The notes under the pieces were generated by a model. It searched no databases. It was given only the letters and a program-made list of their open reading frames with translations, and was not told the DNA's origin. Below, piece after piece: positions 11,501 to 19,299 of a DNA stretch of 64,000 nucleotides. The DNA comes from a virus. The stretch spans positions 90,977-154,976 of the IMG/VR virus record IMGVR_UViG_3300026097_000008; one strand, written 5' to 3'. Position numbers and translations under genes: made by a program. Numbering within the stretch: position 1 is the first letter of the stretch; each line of letters begins with the position of its first letter.

Positions 11501-12116
11501 TTAAAAATACAGAATACAAATCTTTCCATCTTTTAGAAGGAGTTCCTAAAGAATATGTGTTGTTTTGATCAGGTATAATACTACTATTGACATCAGAGTT
11601 TATGATTACAGTATCTTGTGCTAAAGCATCACCTAAAATTATACTTCCGTCAAAAGTAATATTTCCTGTAGCATGCAAACTTCCGGCTATGTTTACATTA
11701 TTATGTACATCAAGTATTCCTGTACCATTTGTTTGTAAATCTAAATTACTATTAGATCTATAAGTAGAAATAGTATTATCAGTAATACTAATATTATCTG
11801 TTTGAAAATTGCTAAGACTAATTATTTCACTTGCATTAAGATTTATATCTCCTGTGAGATTATTAATATTATTTGTATCAATAGAAAAATCTGAAATATT
11901 TGCACTAGTGCTTGCGATTAAATTAATAGTTTTAGTTGTGCCAGAAATATCTGCTGTATTTCCAGGATCGCTTTTGTTGACTCCGATTAATCCGGTGTTA
12001 ACATCTAGAAATAAAAGTTGTGTGTCATCTTGCGTGTTTCGAAACGCTAGATCAATTCCGTTTCTTTCTAAATTAGCGTTTAATAAAGGACCAGATATTC
12101 TACCTACTTGTGCCAT
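8556..12116 (-). CDS. Virion fibre-like structural protein (1186 aa), paralogue of 4369..8409
   Basis: N-terminus MAQVGRISGPLLNANLERNGIDLAF nearly identical to its neighbour; same beta-helix core (ASMLFHSVTFI, NGVRxEWLNSFTYFANR) and same fibre repeats. Confidence 0.8.
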   Translation of the reverse strand: MAQVGRISGPLLNANLERNGIDLAFRNTQDDTQLLFLDVNTGLIGVNKSDPGNTADISGTTKTINLIASTSANISDFSIDTNNINNLTGDINLNASEIISLSNFQTDNISITDNTISTYRSNSNLDLQTNGTGILDVHNNVNIAGSLHATGNITFDGSIILGDALAQDTVIINSDVNSSIIPDQNNTYSLGTPSKRWKDLYSVFLNGQSITTASVAVGPVFLSSRQGNIIYVAENGNDSNVGDHPNGPFKTLKRALDFADASTSGPVTIYVYAGGYEEELPLVVPTNVNIVGEDYRNTFIRPTSADQSKDIFHLNGESTVQNLTITDFYYDSGNDTGYAFRFAPNTVVTTRSPYIQNVTVITKGTTTSASDPRGFASGDAGKGALVDGADVLSASEEASMLFHSVTFITPGVDGLTMTNGVRVEWLNSFTYFANRGLYAFDGVTGHLSTDGSTVKYGAEIRSIGSANVYGNYGAVADGSDCLMYLIQHNMAYIGAGKFVDNDPSRVIQSQEVSELNSGRIYFQTEDHLGNFRVGNNFLVDQESGETSLVLTEADIDSLGGMTVTTNGSTTFIDGTRVETGNIRFRENTIRSLSGNIEIDSAAGNINFTSSTNILKDLDITGNLSFDGTLNTIGDQSTDTVDFNVDFDQDLVPNQTLQFDLGSPTKVWNIVHGSQANLGDVQLFDNVITTNDSNADLEFRANGTGRIYFEDENLNITNNLQVQTTTFINNLSTNDLTTAGAIALNNNFSTTNLTITQNLNVAQIAQFEEIKIDDNYITTTTSNTDFELRASGTGNILVPTEDLVLTNNFDTQGTVYSSDWISATQVEAVNFDNSTVRTQTNIIETHISNADLDIRATGNVLFSNDVNITQNLTTSNNISGENLTSDSITVGAINITDSFAMEDMTSSTDIQIFDNVITTTNSNSNLELRGAGAGSIYLEILEFTNNTIGSKTTPDSSLTDIVLDVEDQLIIDSTKALKLPIGPDDTLTQSQIRLNTDKNLFQGYATSNIFFNGVYSDNSLTNLRAHPTNDTLLLDIANIQVGNFDSDGINIHGLQVDDILIDGLGISTTVSNSDLELRPDGSGGVIIDNIKVSGSTIQNTATDEPLVFSSTDDGYYQFDGDGAVKIPTGSNSNRPASPILGQTRVNTDSGEMETWIGDQWQTSAGAFEAVSEAEMDDISLIQTLIYG

Positions 12117-12135
12117 TAAAGTCTCCTTGACACAG

Positions 12136-12143
12136 TATTTATA
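12136..12143 (-). promoter_or_regulatory. gp55-type late promoter (TATAAATA)
   Basis: Exact T4 late consensus, followed by AAGGAG RBS and ATG. Confidence 0.75.
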
Positions 12144-12146
12144 GCT

Positions 12147-12950
12147 TTATTTGTTGAAATTATGTAGGACTGTTACAGGCTTATCAAGATCAACCGGCGA
12201 CGTAAAAGATAGATACCAACCTGGTAAATATGGTCCGGTGCTTGAACCTACTTCTAGAATAAACCCAGTGCTAGAAACATAGTTTCCAATATTTGCACCT
12301 GATGTGTCTACGGCTAATTCTAAACGTGTAGCAGTTGGTGCGCTTACAACTCCATGACTTCCTGGTGAGCTAGAATCATCAGTATTCAAGTTTTCTAAAT
12401 TATCATCAGTACTAGATTCAACACCACTAACATACACTTGATCTCCGGCGCTTAATCCGTGAGATCCTGATAATTCTATTACAGTTGTTGTGCCTACACT
12501 AATAATATTAATTACTTCTAATCTATTACCAGGATTTTGTGTTAGTGTATAGTTTGTACCAAAAATTTGAAATACATTTTCTACAAATACAAGTATGTCT
12601 GTAGATCCGCCGCTGTTTTGTGGACTAGGGTAATCTGTATCGCCGTTATCTAAAGGTCCAAATAGTGTTTCAACAGCATCGCCTGAGCCAAGATTTTGTT
12701 GTACAATAGTCCTTGGTTCTTTATAACGACCTTTGCGCCAGGCTCCATCTTGATAAAATTCAAATTCGTTAGCAGTTGTATTGTAGCGTATATGACCGTT
12801 TGTAGGATTGTCAGGACGCTGCGCTTCTGTACCTTTTGGTACAAGCATAACATTAGTACTATCTACAACTACCTGGTCGTTAACATCATACTTAACGCCC
12901 TTTCCGTAAATATTACGTAGATTAGTATTTTGCGCTTTTAATAATCTCAT
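12147..12950 (-). CDS. Virion structural protein (267 aa)
   Basis: Contains 'VPKGTEAQRP..PTNGHIRYNT...FEFY..GAW', the motif at the C-termini of the large fibre proteins, plus an 'HGLSAGDQVYVSGV' beta module. Confidence 0.7.
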   Translation of the reverse strand: MRLLKAQNTNLRNIYGKGVKYDVNDQVVVDSTNVMLVPKGTEAQRPDNPTNGHIRYNTTANEFEFYQDGAWRKGRYKEPRTIVQQNLGSGDAVETLFGPLDNGDTDYPSPQNSGGSTDILVFVENVFQIFGTNYTLTQNPGNRLEVINIISVGTTTVIELSGSHGLSAGDQVYVSGVESSTDDNLENLNTDDSSSPGSHGVVSAPTATRLELAVDTSGANIGNYVSSTGFILEVGSSTGPYLPGWYLSFTSPVDLDKPVTVLHNFNK

Positions 12951-13306
12951 TAAACTTCCAAATAGCTAATGGTTGCTGCCAAATCTGTATTACTACCGCC
13001 TACATCAGGCTCTGCAACAAAAGCCACAACATCACCTGCATCTAAAACAACACGCTCTGTGTCAAATGTAAAAGTTTCTCCTGCAGGTAATGTCAGTTGT
13101 CTAACTACGCATGTTCTTGTATTAGACAATGCTTGACCGTTAGGAATTAAGTGTAAATCAAATATTGCATCGTGCGATGCTGCATCAACTGCACCCGGGT
13201 CGTATGTATTACAAACAAGTATATTTGTAATTGCATATTGCGTATCTGCAGGCACAGTTATAATATCTAATTGTGTGGTTGTAAGTCTTTGATTTACTAT
13301 TGCCAT
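12950..13306 (-). CDS. Small beta-rich virion protein (118 aa), paralogue of 4036..4365
   Basis: GAGGA RBS; ends 'LPAGETFTFDTERVVLDAGD...ISYLEV'. Confidence 0.7.
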   Translation of the reverse strand: MAIVNQRLTTTQLDIITVPADTQYAITNILVCNTYDPGAVDAASHDAIFDLHLIPNGQALSNTRTCVVRQLTLPAGETFTFDTERVVLDAGDVVAFVAEPDVGGSNTDLAATISYLEV

Positions 13307-13317
13307 TTGTTTTCCTC

Positions 13318-14346
13318 TTAGAATAGCATGCTAAAAATTAGTGATCTATTTCTACTTATTAATTCGTCTGATGTATTACTTTTATTTACAAAATAAATCC
13401 CGCTGCCGCCTTCTGCTTGAGTTTTGGAATAAATTTTTACTCCTTCGGTCGGTGCATTTGGATCAATAAATGCATCATCGTCATTTGGTGTTTCAGAAAT
13501 CTCCAAGTTATCGTTTATCTTAACAGTTCCAGTTCCAGGAGATTTTAAAATCAAGTCTTCATTACTGTTGACTGTACTAATTTCGTTATTTTGGACTTTT
13601 ATATTTGCAACTTCTAGTCTGTTTGAATAGAAATTAGCAATAATCGATCCGTCTACTGTAGCGACTATTGTACTCTCAACACTAGTTTCGCTATCATCTT
13701 CAGTTGCTAGTCGTGTGTCGCCTTCTTCAATTGCATCTTGCAAATTCGTAGATAAAGCAAAATCTACATAGTCTACTACACCTTTTGCATTAGGTATAAA
13801 GTCATTATTTAATACAGCCGGCGCAACAATACTACCTGCAGAGTAATTAAAAACATTTTCTTCGTAGTCTGTTGTTCCTGCAACATTTATAGCACTACCT
13901 GGAGTAGTTATATAAAGTGTTCCCTGAGCGTTTATACTGTTAACACTGACTGGTAATAATTGACCTGCTGCATTTTCAAATACAAAACTTCCGTTGCCGC
14001 TAGAACCTCCTGTGACATAAGGAACACTTTCGTCAAACAATAATCTTGCTTCTGATAAACTTCCTCTGTCTATTCCAATTCCTGCTTGAAATCCCAATGC
14101 TGCACTGATACCATCTCCAGTCTGGCCTTCATTAAGTGTAATAATATTATCTGCGATTGTAGTGACGGTAGATTCAACAGTAGTAGTGATACCTTTAACT
14201 TCTAAGTCTCCGGTTATCACTACTTTTCCTCTGTCGGTAGTATAGCCTCCAGTAGTGTCAAGTGTAATCAATCCTCCAGAAGCATCTGATGGATTGTCCA
14301 CTACAATTTTATAATTGCCGTCTTTTACTCTAACTACTCTTGACAT
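13318..14346 (-). CDS. Virion structural protein (342 aa)
   Basis: Fibre-type motifs 'ITGDLEVKGITTTVESTVTTIADNIITLN' and 'NEISTVNSNEDLILKSPGTGTV'. Confidence 0.7.
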   Translation of the reverse strand: MSRVVRVKDGNYKIVVDNPSDASGGLITLDTTGGYTTDRGKVVITGDLEVKGITTTVESTVTTIADNIITLNEGQTGDGISAALGFQAGIGIDRGSLSEARLLFDESVPYVTGGSSGNGSFVFENAAGQLLPVSVNSINAQGTLYITTPGSAINVAGTTDYEENVFNYSAGSIVAPAVLNNDFIPNAKGVVDYVDFALSTNLQDAIEEGDTRLATEDDSETSVESTIVATVDGSIIANFYSNRLEVANIKVQNNEISTVNSNEDLILKSPGTGTVKINDNLEISETPNDDDAFIDPNAPTEGVKIYSKTQAEGGSGIYFVNKSNTSDELISRNRSLIFSMLF

Positions 14347-14358
14347 TGATTACCCTTA

Positions 14359-14844
14359 TTAGATTGCTGTAAGAATAAGCACGTTTTCAGCAGAGTCGTT
14401 ATCAACATACCAAGTATACTGGTTGTCGTCGAACCCTGTAATCTTACGTCCTGAAATTTTCTTTACAAAGACTTGAGTTCCTGAATCAGTTCCTACAAAT
14501 CCACGTAGTACCATTTCGTTATTACCAATGCCCGACGACCCGTCATCATCCACAAGTTTACATACTCCTACGCCGTTAGCTTCTGAATATACTTTGAATC
14601 TACGAGCACCTTTTTGTTGTAAAATATAGCAACTGTTTGGTCCATCATCTTGCACATCTACCGCTGCTGTGCTTGAAACTTTAGCTTTGTACACTGGAAT
14701 GTTATATCCTTTTTGACGATCTGTGCTTGCAGATGTAGTATCAAATCCGTGGATATTACGGCCGTCTCCTGTATCAGGGTATCCTGATGTGCTTGTTGTT
14801 GATCCTAGTGGACCGAAGTTCTTTTTACCTAGTGGTCTTCCCAT
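14359..14844 (-). CDS. Hypothetical late/virion protein (161 aa)
   Basis: Strong RBS AAGGAG and its own late promoter; first gene of the left-arm structural cluster. Confidence 0.7.
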   Translation of the reverse strand: MGRPLGKKNFGPLGSTTSTSGYPDTGDGRNIHGFDTTSASTDRQKGYNIPVYKAKVSSTAAVDVQDDGPNSCYILQQKGARRFKVYSEANGVGVCKLVDDDGSSGIGNNEMVLRGFVGTDSGTQVFVKKISGRKITGFDDNQYTWYVDNDSAENVLILTAI

Positions 14845-14864
14845 TTGTTTTCTCCTTTTTAAGA

Positions 14865-14934
14865 AGTCCGATGCAGGTTCTAGCTGCTACGCTGTGGGTA
14901 CAGCATAAGTCCGCCTCGCGGCACACTATCTGAC
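14865..14934 (-). promoter_or_regulatory. Cloverleaf-like late 5' leader RNA
   Basis: GUCAGAU/AUCGGAC closing stem encloses three hairpins: CCGC-GAG-GCGG, UAUGCUGU-ACCC-ACAGCGUA and GCAG-CUAGAAC-CUGC. Confidence 0.55.
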
Positions 14935-14939
14935 ATATG

Positions 14940-14945
14940 TATTTA
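14940..14945 (-). promoter_or_regulatory. gp55-type late promoter (gATAAATA)
   Basis: TAAATA just downstream of a terminator and just upstream of the structured leader. Confidence 0.65.
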
Positions 14946-14954
14946 TCAAAAGAG

Positions 14955-14987
14955 AAAAAAGCCCGACACAGTTAAGCATCGGGCTTT
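14955..14987 (-). terminator. Rho-independent terminator
   Basis: GCCCGAUGC-loop-GUGUCGGGC followed by UUUUUU on the minus strand. Confidence 0.8.
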
Positions 14988-14995
14988 ATAAAAAA

Positions 14996-15198
14996 GTGGG
15001 TGAAGGACTTGGGTTTACCTCCAACTAAGCGCCTAGATACCTTTCATCGTTAACACTTAGAACCTTGCTCTGTCTAGTATGACAGTGTGCGTACTCCTAG
15101 TCTCCTAAGTCTACGCCGGGCACTACCCCTAACAAGTGCGCTTATCCTCTCTAGAAACAGGATTATTAGCGCCAACCCTTGTAACAACGTCTTGCTAC
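14996..15198 (-). ncRNA. Candidate stand-alone structured ncRNA (~200 nt), family unknown
   Basis: No ORF; bounded by a sigma70-like promoter and a terminator; at least six consecutive hairpins with G-U pairs on the minus strand. Confidence 0.65.
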
Positions 15199-15205
15199 AG
15201 TAATA

Positions 15206-15233
15206 ATAATAACATCACTGCAACAAATGTCAA
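15206..15233 (-). promoter_or_regulatory. Sigma70-type promoter (TTGACA-16 nt-TATTAT, extended -10 TG)
   Basis: Minus strand TTGACAtttgttgcagtgaTGtTATTAT, immediately after the capsid terminator. Confidence 0.7.
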
Positions 15234-15255
15234 CCACTTTTTTTAAAAAAGTCAT

Positions 15256-15281
15256 AAAAAAAGGCCCCGTAGGGCCTTTTT
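15256..15281 (-). terminator. Rho-independent terminator after major capsid gene (bidirectional form)
   Basis: A7-GGCCC-CGTA-GGGCC-T5. Confidence 0.85.
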
Positions 15282-15304
15282 CTTGTTGTCGTTCTAAGTT
15301 AAAC

Positions 15305-16474
15305 TTAGCTGAATGACAAGTTCCCAGTTGTAACTGTGATCTCGTCTAGGTAGTCAGCTGCATTACCTAGTGACGATGCTGTGTTTGATAGCTCAACATA
15401 ACCATAACGTGTCATGAATGATACGACTGGCTCAAATGTTGATGGATCTAGTACAACACCACTGCTCATCAATGGAATGTATGGGCAGTAGAACGCTGCT
15501 GCGTCTGATTCTGAAGTACCTTTGTACCCAACAAGAATGTTGTCATCAGATGCATATGTGTTTACATACACTTTCATTGCATTGTTCAATGTACCAACCA
15601 TCTTAGTGTTAGTTGGTGCTTCGAATGTACCTTCTGTTGTACGTGCAAACGCTGAAGTAGTTGCTGACTGTAGGATTGTTAACACTGTTGGTGAAACAAC
15701 TGCCCAATTACCAGCACCACGACGTGTACGCTGTGCGATACGGTTTGCTGCGCGGTTCATAAGAACTGCTAGAGCAGCATGCTCGTCGCCAACGAATGTT
15801 GCAGTACCACTTACTGCTGCCTGATCGTATGTATCAGTTGCACCAGCTAGTGTGAATAGTGAAGCAAGTACTTCTTGGTCGATTTCAGCAGTAATCTCTT
15901 GAGCAAGTGCTGCCATGATTTCTGCTTCTACGTCGATGCCGTGCTGCGACTGAGCGTCTTGTGCAGACTCAAAAGTCCAACGTGCGCTTAGTTTACGAGT
16001 CTTAGCTTCAACTGTTTGCTTCAAGATTTGAATGCTTAGTCTGTTTCCAGCTGCACCTTCTAGTGCTGCTGTTGCATCAGCTTTAGCAGTTGTAGCATTA
16101 CCCGAGTATGCTTCTGCAATCTTGAATGGGCTTAGAGCCTCTTCGCCTGCTACTGCGCCGCTTGCGTCTGAGCCAGCTGTGTCCGAATAACGAACACGTA
16201 ATGTGTGGATTTGACCCACAGGACCAGTCATAGGCTGAACACCTACAAGCTCGTTTGCAATGACTGTTGGCATTACACGACGAATAACTGGAAGAATAAC
16301 ACGGTTAAGTGTTGCGATATTACCGGCAGAGGTAGCACCAGCTGTAGCAGTCTCTGCGAGATACGAGCGAGTATTCTCTAGAGTAGTTGCCATAACAGAT
16401 TTCTTTGTGCCTTGTAGGCCTTCAAGTAGAGCTGTTTTGGTGTCCTGCCAGCGACTTTCTAGTAGTTCTGACAT
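15305..16474 (-). CDS. gp23: Major capsid protein (T4 gp23 family)
   Basis: Family motifs 'RRVMPTVIANELVGVQPMTGPVGQI', 'VEAKTRKLSARWTFESAQD', 'AFYCPYIPL', 'FMTRYG'; follows the scaffold gene. Confidence 0.97.
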   Translation of the reverse strand: MSELLESRWQDTKTALLEGLQGTKKSVMATTLENTRSYLAETATAGATSAGNIATLNRVILPVIRRVMPTVIANELVGVQPMTGPVGQIHTLRVRYSDTAGSDASGAVAGEEALSPFKIAEAYSGNATTAKADATAALEGAAGNRLSIQILKQTVEAKTRKLSARWTFESAQDAQSQHGIDVEAEIMAALAQEITAEIDQEVLASLFTLAGATDTYDQAAVSGTATFVGDEHAALAVLMNRAANRIAQRTRRGAGNWAVVSPTVLTILQSATTSAFARTTEGTFEAPTNTKMVGTLNNAMKVYVNTYASDDNILVGYKGTSESDAAAFYCPYIPLMSSGVVLDPSTFEPVVSFMTRYGYVELSNTASSLGNAADYLDEITVTTGNLSFS

Positions 16475-16486
16475 AATTATCTCCTT

Positions 16487-17584
16487 TTATAATCCAGCTA
16501 GACGTTTAATGTCAACGACATTGTGTTCGTCTGCTGTTCTACTAACGTTAGTTTGTGACTGTGTGTCACGGTTGCCTGTTACTTCTTTTGCCTCTGATAA
16601 TACTGCCTTCTTTGCCGGTGTCTTACCATCGATAACTGATGGTAGATACTTATCAAACGCAGACTGTAGTCTGTTTGTTTGAACCGATTCAAGTAAATCT
16701 GTCATGATTTCTTTTTGGTCCTTGCTTAGAGGACTTACAAGATTACTCATAACTTCTTTGCGTTCTGCTAATGCTTTCATTTTACCAATTTCTGCATCTT
16801 TGCTTTCTGCAAGTTGTTTTTTCTTAGCCGCTTCTGCTTTTGCTTCTGTAAGTTGCTTGTCTTTTAGAGCAACAACTTTCATTAGTTTAGCAGTTTCTGA
16901 TTTCTCATTTAAGTGGCTAGTTGAATATTCGTTCGCAAATGCTTCGAATAGCTTGCGACCGAAGTCGTTTCTACGTGCTTCTTCGATATCTTCTTTAAGT
17001 GCAGTAATTTCACTTGTGAGTGTCTTACTGACAATATCTGATACCTTGTTAGCACTTGTTTCGACAAAGGATTTTTTAACCTCTGCGAATTTTGATTTTG
17101 CTTCTTTAACAAGTTTAACTTTTGTTTCTGCAAGATCTTTTTTATCTTCGTGGAACTCAGCAATTTCTTTAGCTAGTGCATCTACAACAAAGTTCTCTAG
17201 CATGCCAAACTTGTCAGCAATTGCTTTTTGATCTTCGTGTAGTTCTGAAATTTCTTTTGCAAGAGACTCTGCAACAAAACGCTTCATTAGATCAGCATTT
17301 TCACGCATTGCAATGGCATACTTTGCCTTTGCTTCTGCAAGTTGCTTTCTATCATCTGCAAATTCTGCAATTTCTTCTGCAAGACGCTCTGAAAGCATAG
17401 CATCGATAGCTTCAACCATAGTTGACTTATCGTGCTCGTACTTTTGTGCAAATTCTTCGCGAAGCTCAGCTGTGACAGCTTGCTTATTCTCGAGGATTTT
17501 TGCATTCCAAGCCTCTTCAATTTCCGCACGAACATCTTCTGAAACAACATCGTTCTCGAAAAGTGTTTTTAGTGCATCCAACAT
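16487..17584 (-). CDS. gp22: Prohead core scaffold protein (T4 gp22-like)
   Basis: Long E/K/A-rich coiled coil between the protease and capsid genes. Confidence 0.85.
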   Translation of the reverse strand: MLDALKTLFENDVVSEDVRAEIEEAWNAKILENKQAVTAELREEFAQKYEHDKSTMVEAIDAMLSERLAEEIAEFADDRKQLAEAKAKYAIAMRENADLMKRFVAESLAKEISELHEDQKAIADKFGMLENFVVDALAKEIAEFHEDKKDLAETKVKLVKEAKSKFAEVKKSFVETSANKVSDIVSKTLTSEITALKEDIEEARRNDFGRKLFEAFANEYSTSHLNEKSETAKLMKVVALKDKQLTEAKAEAAKKKQLAESKDAEIGKMKALAERKEVMSNLVSPLSKDQKEIMTDLLESVQTNRLQSAFDKYLPSVIDGKTPAKKAVLSEAKEVTGNRDTQSQTNVSRTADEHNVVDIKRLAGL

Positions 17585-17597
17585 AGTGTTCTCCTTT

Positions 17598-18224
17598 TTA
17601 TTGGAGTCGACTGATTATATTAATCAGCGATTCTTTTAAATATTTTTGTGCCTTAGGGTCTTCTTTTGTTGCCTGTGCTAATTCGTATGCCTTGTATCCT
17701 CCACGAGCATTCATTAAGTGTTCGTAAATTGGTGTAGGATATGCACCAGGGGCGCTAGGCTGAGCCACTACGTCCACGGTGATAATTTCAAAATCAGAGA
17801 CAGTATTACTGCCGTCTTCTGATACATTTCCGCTACCACGCGATGAAACACCTAGCTTAACTCCGCTTTCAAGCATTGTTTTAACTAAGGTGCCCATCGG
17901 TGTAGGTAGGATTTTCATCTTTCCATAACCATTAGCATCGTCCATCCACATTTCTGTAATCATGTGCGATACTCTATCTAGGTTAACATTAAGTCCATCT
18001 GGATGATCAACTTCGCCGAGAACACTATAACCTCCGCTAATTTGATCGTTGAGAGTTTTGACAGCCCTGCCAATTTCATTTACAGGGTACACACGCTGGT
18101 TAGCGTTGCGTACTCCGCCTTGTATACAAATACCTTTCATATACAAGTCTTTTCCTTCGTTGGCATTCTCAACTACAATCCTTGCAGCATCAAATGTCAA
18201 ATGCTCTCTTAAAAAGTTGTTCAT
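17598..18224 (-). CDS. gp21: Prohead protease (T4 gp21 family)
   Basis: 'NANQRVYP', 'GEVDHP', 'LGVSSRGSG', 'DVVAQPSAPGAY'. Confidence 0.95.
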   Translation of the reverse strand: MNNFLREHLTFDAARIVVENANEGKDLYMKGICIQGGVRNANQRVYPVNEIGRAVKTLNDQISGGYSVLGEVDHPDGLNVNLDRVSHMITEMWMDDANGYGKMKILPTPMGTLVKTMLESGVKLGVSSRGSGNVSEDGSNTVSDFEIITVDVVAQPSAPGAYPTPIYEHLMNARGGYKAYELAQATKEDPKAQKYLKESLINIISRLQ

Positions 18225-18247
18225 TCAAACTTTCCTCTTTATACTGC

Positions 18248-19198
18248 TTACTTTGCTCTTTTTGGAGCACCGTTTAGTGGTGATCCTGCGCTTTTGTCAG
18301 CAGTCTCTGGCTTGCCCTTTTTCTCAGCGCCGTGGCCAGGTTGTGACTTCATTGATTTTGAAGCCTTTCCACCAGGTACATTTACGTTCCCGTGTGAATC
18401 TTCTTTAGTATTTGGAGCAGCTAGACCACCTTGTGTGCCGCCTGTTCCGCCGTCACCGCCTGCTGTAATATTAGACGCTGTTCCGCCCATATCGTTTTTA
18501 CCAGCTACAGTTGACTTTGTGTTTGCACCATTGTCGCCCATTTTAGCATTGACTTTTTCTACATACTCACGCATTTCTTCTGCGTTAGATTTTTTCATTT
18601 TCTTTTTGCCTTCTTCGACGTTGTCTTCAAATGATTCCATTTCGTTGTCATCATCTTCGCCTTCGTCGTCCATGTCCATGTCGTCTCCGCCCATATCCAT
18701 GTCGCCGTCTTCGTCTTCTTCGCCTTCGTCGTCACCGGCCATCATTTTTTCAAATTCAGCTTTTAGATCTTGTAGTGCATCTTCTAGGTCTTCAACACGG
18801 TCGTCTAGATCTTCGTCATCGCCGTCCATGTCCATACCGTCTTCGTCGCCCATCTCTGGCTCCATAGCACCCATCATGTCGTCTGCTGGGTCACCGCCCA
18901 TCATGTCCATCGGATCTGCTTCTACTTCAAACTCGTCTAGATCGAAGTCTTCAGACATTTCTTCGTCTTCGTCTTCATCTTCATCTTTTGATTCGTCAAC
19001 TTCTTCATCATCTGACTCATCTACTTCTTCGTCAGAAGCTTCGTCAACTTCTTCGTCTTCTAAATCTGCTTCTAATAGTGATTCATAAATGTCACGTGAT
19101 TTTTCAACCACGATCTCGTGGAATAGCTCTTCCGCACCGTCACGATCTTCGTTGACTAGGCGCTCAAGCATTTCTTCAAACTTATTGCGTGTTGCCAT
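18248..19198 (-). CDS. Highly acidic prohead core protein (positional analogue of T4 gp67/68)
   Basis: D/E/M-rich low-complexity middle with 'DEEVDE' repeats and a basic/Gly tail; directly upstream of gp21. Confidence 0.65.
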   Translation of the reverse strand: MATRNKFEEMLERLVNEDRDGAEELFHEIVVEKSRDIYESLLEADLEDEEVDEASDEEVDESDDEEVDESKDEDEDEDEEMSEDFDLDEFEVEADPMDMMGGDPADDMMGAMEPEMGDEDGMDMDGDDEDLDDRVEDLEDALQDLKAEFEKMMAGDDEGEEDEDGDMDMGGDDMDMDDEGEDDDNEMESFEDNVEEGKKKMKKSNAEEMREYVEKVNAKMGDNGANTKSTVAGKNDMGGTASNITAGGDGGTGGTQGGLAAPNTKEDSHGNVNVPGGKASKSMKSQPGHGAEKKGKPETADKSAGSPLNGAPKRAK

Positions 19199-19244
19199 TA
19201 CTTTTCTCCTATAAATGTTATACCTATGGTAAGGCTGTCAGTTG

Positions 19245-19250
19245 TATTTA
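19245..19250 (-). promoter_or_regulatory. gp55-type late promoter (TTAAATA)
   Basis: TAAATA upstream of the core-protease-scaffold-capsid run. Confidence 0.6.
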
Positions 19251-19299
19251 ACATACTGCGAGAAAAGTACGTAGAAATAGGCCAAAAACGGCGTATTTT

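Noticed and set aside
4604-12144. Many plus-strand ORFs of 60-180 aa opposite the fibre genes
   Set aside because: Antisense shadows produced by codon bias of the real minus-strand genes; low-complexity S/L/V/P translations, no RBS or promoter.
15418-19088. Antisense and alternate-frame ORFs over gp23, gp22, gp21 and the acidic protein (e.g. 264-aa poly-Ser ORF 18294..19088)
   Set aside because: Mirror of GAA/GAC/GAT-rich sense codons; fully overlap well-supported genes.
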